Assembly: GCA_051532035.1 (NCBI GenBank) | Contig: JAOPTW010000013.1 | Location: 256,001-320,000 of the forward strand | Length of the DNA: 64,000 nucleotides | Source: Fibrobacterales bacterium | GTDB taxonomy: Bacteria; Fibrobacterota; Fibrobacteria; Fibrobacterales; JAOPTW01 | Direction: 5' to 3' | Shown here: in pieces, positions 60,400 through 64,000 of the stretch | Numbering within the stretch: the first letter of the stretch is position 1 | Layout: the number at the start of each line of letters is the position of its first letter | The notes under the pieces: generated by a model | The model's input: only the letters and a program-made list of their open reading frames with translations | Database searches by the model: none | Told to the model about the DNA's origin: nothing | Made by a program: the position numbers and the translations under genes

Positions 60400-61439
60400 T
60401 GAGCTATAGTGCACGCAGTTTCAAGCTCTATTTAGGGCCAGAGGAACAAGGTGGACCCGATTCGCTGTTAGAGCCTATCATTGGTTTTATTGATGATGCC
60501 AAGCCCAGAGAAAACCTATGTGTGGCTGTTCAGGAGATAGACAATAGAGAGATTACCGAGGCGCTCATACGGGCTCGGAGTCGAGGAGTCGTTATTGATA
60601 TCGTTCTTGAGCAGAGTTATCTGTTGGCCTCTCGGAAACAAGTATCCCCTTTTGAACCATCGGGAAGTCACGAGATAAACAGAGAACTTTTCAGTGCCTT
60701 ATGTCGTGCAGATATCGACGTAAAGGTTGACTTTAATAGTGCAATCTTTCATCAAAAGTTTATGATCTGTGGCGATTCAGTTCTCACGGGCTCCACGAAC
60801 TTTACCGACACTGGGGTAACTAAAAACTTGAATCATGTGATCGTCATTCATAATAAGACTATCGCTAATCAATATCGTATTGAGTTTAATGAGATTCGTA
60901 GTGGGAGATTTGGCCGTGAAAGCATCATGAAAAGCGTAGCCCCAATTAACAGTACCGTAGACCGAATCAGAATAAGGGTACTCTTCTCCCCCGACCATAC
61001 TCCTGAGCTTGAGATTATGAAACAGATTCTTAAGGCGAGGGAGCGGATTGATTTTGCGGTCTTTACCTTTGCTCAAAGCTCTGGAATTGATGATGCGCTG
61101 ATTGCAGCTCAGCAACGAGGTGTGCGGATTACGGGTGTACTGGATAGGCTTCAGGGGAATCAAAAATGGGCTGCGACTCATAACCTCACGGAGGCGGGTA
61201 TTTCTATCTCGCTTATTGGTAATAAGGGTGGTCTTGGTAAACTTCATCACAAGCTTATGGTTATTGATGATGCGGTGACCATATTTGGATCGTTTAATTA
61301 TACGGAGCCTGCTAATCGGACTAACGATGAGAATATTGTTATTGTGGGTGATGTATTTGAGGATAATGTTACGGCGCGGGTTAGGCAGCGGGAGGTTGCT
61401 GTTGCGTGTCGTGAGGAGATCGAGCGGTTTAATAGATAG
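60399..61439 (+). CDS. Phospholipase D superfamily protein with two HKD domains
   Basis: HQKFMICGD..TGSTNFT and HHKLMVIDD..GSFNYT..NDEN; TAATG translational coupling. Confidence 0.9.
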   Translation: MSYSARSFKLYLGPEEQGGPDSLLEPIIGFIDDAKPRENLCVAVQEIDNREITEALIRARSRGVVIDIVLEQSYLLASRKQVSPFEPSGSHEINRELFSALCRADIDVKVDFNSAIFHQKFMICGDSVLTGSTNFTDTGVTKNLNHVIVIHNKTIANQYRIEFNEIRSGRFGRESIMKSVAPINSTVDRIRIRVLFSPDHTPELEIMKQILKARERIDFAVFTFAQSSGIDDALIAAQQRGVRITGVLDRLQGNQKWAATHNLTEAGISISLIGNKGGLGKLHHKLMVIDDAVTIFGSFNYTEPANRTNDENIVIVGDVFEDNVTARVRQREVAVACREEIERFNR

Positions 61440-61505
61440 ATTTTTGTAAGGAGGGAGGATTCATTGTCATAGTAACCAATTCCTAGTTCTCTCTTTCTTA
61501 TCATC

Positions 61506-61538
61506 AAGCACTTGTCTTTCGGGATGGGTGCTTTTTTT
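61506..61538 (+). terminator. Intrinsic terminator after the PLD gene
   Basis: AAGCACTTGTCT-TTCG-GGATGGGTGCTT followed by a T run. Confidence 0.7.
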
Positions 61539-61820
61539 GTGGGTGGACTTGTTCTTTTGGGCTATTGTGTGGGTGGTCAGTAGTTGTATTTTTACCAGAG
61601 AAATATGCAATATTGGGTACTTCTTAAAGTTGAAGCAAATGCCTGCAAATCATCACATCATAGAAAGAGTATTGGTAGCGAGAGAACGCCCCCGTCGATG
61701 ATATACTGGCCCGTCCTTGCCCAGTATGAAAGAATGCTCATTTTTTTTAATGACCAATAAAACATTAGCTATATTCAGCTAAGTGTTTAAGTCTATTACT
61801 ATTCAAAATTAGGAGTTATC

Positions 61821-63158
61821 TTGCAATACCTATTATTTGTACTCATTTTTTTTACTAGTTCAATTTATCCTAAACCACCGAGTAACGATTCAATTATTAG
61901 TACTATCAATAAGAGACAGATTTATCATTTAAAACTGAACAAAAAAGTCATACAAAGACTTGATTCTTTAAGCGCTCAAAATAAATCAATTAGAGATGTT
62001 GACTCCATTGTAAAGACACGAGACGCAGCACTTACATCTCTACAAGGGAATGTAAGTACATTAAATATAAAGCTAGACTCTCAAATAGCCAAATCTCTAT
62101 TAATTGAAAATGCTTTAATAAGAGCAGAAACTGACGATATTAAGGATTTATTAATTCCAATAGTGTTGTCTATTATTGCAGCATTTATTTTTAAATTCAT
62201 TTTTAACGATTTACCATATATAAGTAGAAGAAGGAAAATACGGCCTAAAATCAACCATCAATACATTGAAATATATGAGCTTTGTGAAAAAGTCTTCGAT
62301 GAAATAATGCGTCCTAATCGTTTCTCTAATTCATATTATGGCCATGTGATTAGAAATAACAACATGAGTGTAACCGACTTCAAAGATGGCTTACAAAATA
62401 AAATTCTTAATGATTCCCATAACTTTGAAGATGCAATAAAGCTGCATATGGATTCAATTGGAAAAAGTGTTTGGAATAGATTAAATGAAATTATTAGTAA
62501 AATTATTAATATCTATGAATTTGAAAAATACTTACCCACAAATGAAATTACAATTCTTGAGTCAATTAAAATTGCTATTCATAGTTCAGAATTTAAAAAG
62601 TACAAGAAAAGAGTTAAGCAAGTTCGATGTTTTCCTAACTGCCTAAGAAGCGAAGCTGACAACATATACTCACTTTATAGGGAGTATATAAATATCAAAA
62701 AGGTAATCTTTGATGACAGCGTCTACTATGAGAAAGTTCATTATATAAAGATTGAGGATTTATATGATCATAAAAAATTTAAACAAACATGGAAGTATGC
62801 GTATAATATTTTAAAAAAACACCCTGAAAATAAACACAATTTGCAGCCCATAATAATTGCATCATATATACATTCAGGCATGCATGAAAAGGCAATGGAT
62901 ATAATGCGCGATGTTATAATTAATGACAATTTTCCAACATGGCAGTATTCGTGGGTGGCTTTAGAATTTGAAGATCAAGAAGAAATCAAAAAACTCCTAA
63001 CTACTCATATCTCAAAGAACTTTTATACCAACCTTTTAAGAGGTCAAGAAGGTGCAAAAAACAACAAAATGGCTCAAAAAGAACAGATAAAGAGTTTAAA
63101 AGAATATTACAATAATCCAGATAGTAGAGGTGAAGAACTAAAGTTGCTAAGGAATTGA
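61821..63158 (+). CDS. Hypothetical membrane-anchored protein
   Basis: AGGAG RBS with TTG start; signal-like N-terminus, coiled coil, TM segment, helical remainder; very AT-rich. Confidence 0.7.
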   Translation: MQYLLFVLIFFTSSIYPKPPSNDSIISTINKRQIYHLKLNKKVIQRLDSLSAQNKSIRDVDSIVKTRDAALTSLQGNVSTLNIKLDSQIAKSLLIENALIRAETDDIKDLLIPIVLSIIAAFIFKFIFNDLPYISRRRKIRPKINHQYIEIYELCEKVFDEIMRPNRFSNSYYGHVIRNNNMSVTDFKDGLQNKILNDSHNFEDAIKLHMDSIGKSVWNRLNEIISKIINIYEFEKYLPTNEITILESIKIAIHSSEFKKYKKRVKQVRCFPNCLRSEADNIYSLYREYINIKKVIFDDSVYYEKVHYIKIEDLYDHKKFKQTWKYAYNILKKHPENKHNLQPIIIASYIHSGMHEKAMDIMRDVIINDNFPTWQYSWVALEFEDQEEIKKLLTTHISKNFYTNLLRGQEGAKNNKMAQKEQIKSLKEYYNNPDSRGEELKLLRN

Positions 63159-63566
63159 TAGACATTATTCTCACAGGAAATCATGTCTACCGCACTCCAT
63201 CGCCCTAATTTCGTGCGGCAAAAAACTGGATATTGGTGAGGCTTTTATTTAGAAAAGTGTAACTTAAGGGAGAAGATTTGCAGGTACTCGCTACAACAGG
63301 GTGAGCAAGCAATAACCGTGACGTAAGTGAACTGCATTCAGTCGGTCGCTAAGTTCCTCGCCTTCAGGCAACCCAAACAAAGCTTTGGAGTCCACCAACA
63401 CCACTTTATTTTTCAAAAATGTAAAAACCTATTTTGAAAATATTTATTGCGTACTGGCACCCAAACGTTGGTGTGAATAGGTTAAAGTTATTACTTTTTT
63501 GCTCCAAGAAACCCACTGTCTTAGTGGCTTTTACTACTTTCATTTTAAACTTCAAAGCTCAATATT

Positions 63567-64000
63567 ATGGACATTTACAATTTTGACAATCTGTTAACTT
63601 TTCAATCAGCTCCTAAAAATAAGGATGACTTTTCTAAATGGGTTTTACAAGAGGATATTTTCAAGTTCTTAATTAGAGATTTCTCTGATGACTACATAAT
63701 TGTATATGCAACTTTACCACACCTTTACATAAATAGTGTGCTACTTCCGGTATTCGATAGAAACGAAAATAATATTAATGAATTGAAAAGATGGAGTTTA
63801 GATAATGACTCAACATGGGGTATCGGTTATTCTCATGATGATATATCGATTAGCGCACCATTGTCCAGCTGTGGGAGTAAATTGCTAAGTACTGGTGATC
63901 AACTTATCTTTTCAAGATCTTTTTCAGGAGCTGAAAGGTTAGGGCGTTATTTTGAAATAAATCAAAAAATCACCCATTTATTAAATGTACACTATATGGA
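63567..64000 (+). CDS. Hypothetical protein, truncated by the window end (not in ORF track)
   Basis: Hand translation from the ATG at 63567 stays open for 144 codons: MDIYNFDNLLTFQSAPK...QLIFSRSFSG..YFEINQKITHLLNVHYM. Confidence 0.7.
   Translation, partial: MDIYNFDNLLTFQSAPKNKDDFSKWVLQEDIFKFLIRDFSDDYIIVYATLPHLYINSVLLPVFDRNENNINELKRWSLDNDSTWGIGYSHDDISISAPLSSCGSKLLSTGDQLIFSRSFSGAERLGRYFEINQKITHLLNVHYM

Noticed and set aside
58305..61250. Longer antisense ORFs 58305..58787 and 60777..61250
   Set aside because: Fully inside well-supported opposite-strand genes, with no motifs.

Overview
AT-rich bacterial window, most likely Fibrobacterota (inferred from three FISUMP-domain lipoproteins, many Ser-rich linkers, a CotH lipoprotein and GH5/GH3 enzymes). 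Left part (1-12 kb, minus strand): a run of secreted proteins. It comprises two FISUMP lipoproteins, another lipoprotein, a CLCA-like/VWA protein with a degenerate zinc motif, and a gingipain-like C25 peptidase that runs off the window and is missing from the ORF track. Middle (12-28.6 kb): mixed accessory genes, including a GH5 carrying four F-type lectin domains, ricin-lectin proteins and a hybrid kinase. At 29-54 kb is one co-oriented block: an LRR-Rhs toxin with an L,D-transpeptidase-like tip, a probable periplasmic immunity gene, a 2857-aa TcB/SpvB-like shell protein with three ricin domains, a FISUMP lipoprotein, and a T2SS/T4P-like operon lacking gspF and gspG. At 56.4-59.1 kb, two divergent paralogous helical proteins flank a non-coding array of 9-bp boxes at an exact 21-bp period, arranged as two inverted arms. 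An OMPLA-like plus PLD operon follows. The two best candidates for an undescribed system are the 21-bp-phased array with its paralog pair, and the T2SS-linked split-Rhs toxin. No rRNA, tRNA, CRISPR array or transposase was recognised. All family calls come from motif reading by eye, not database searches.
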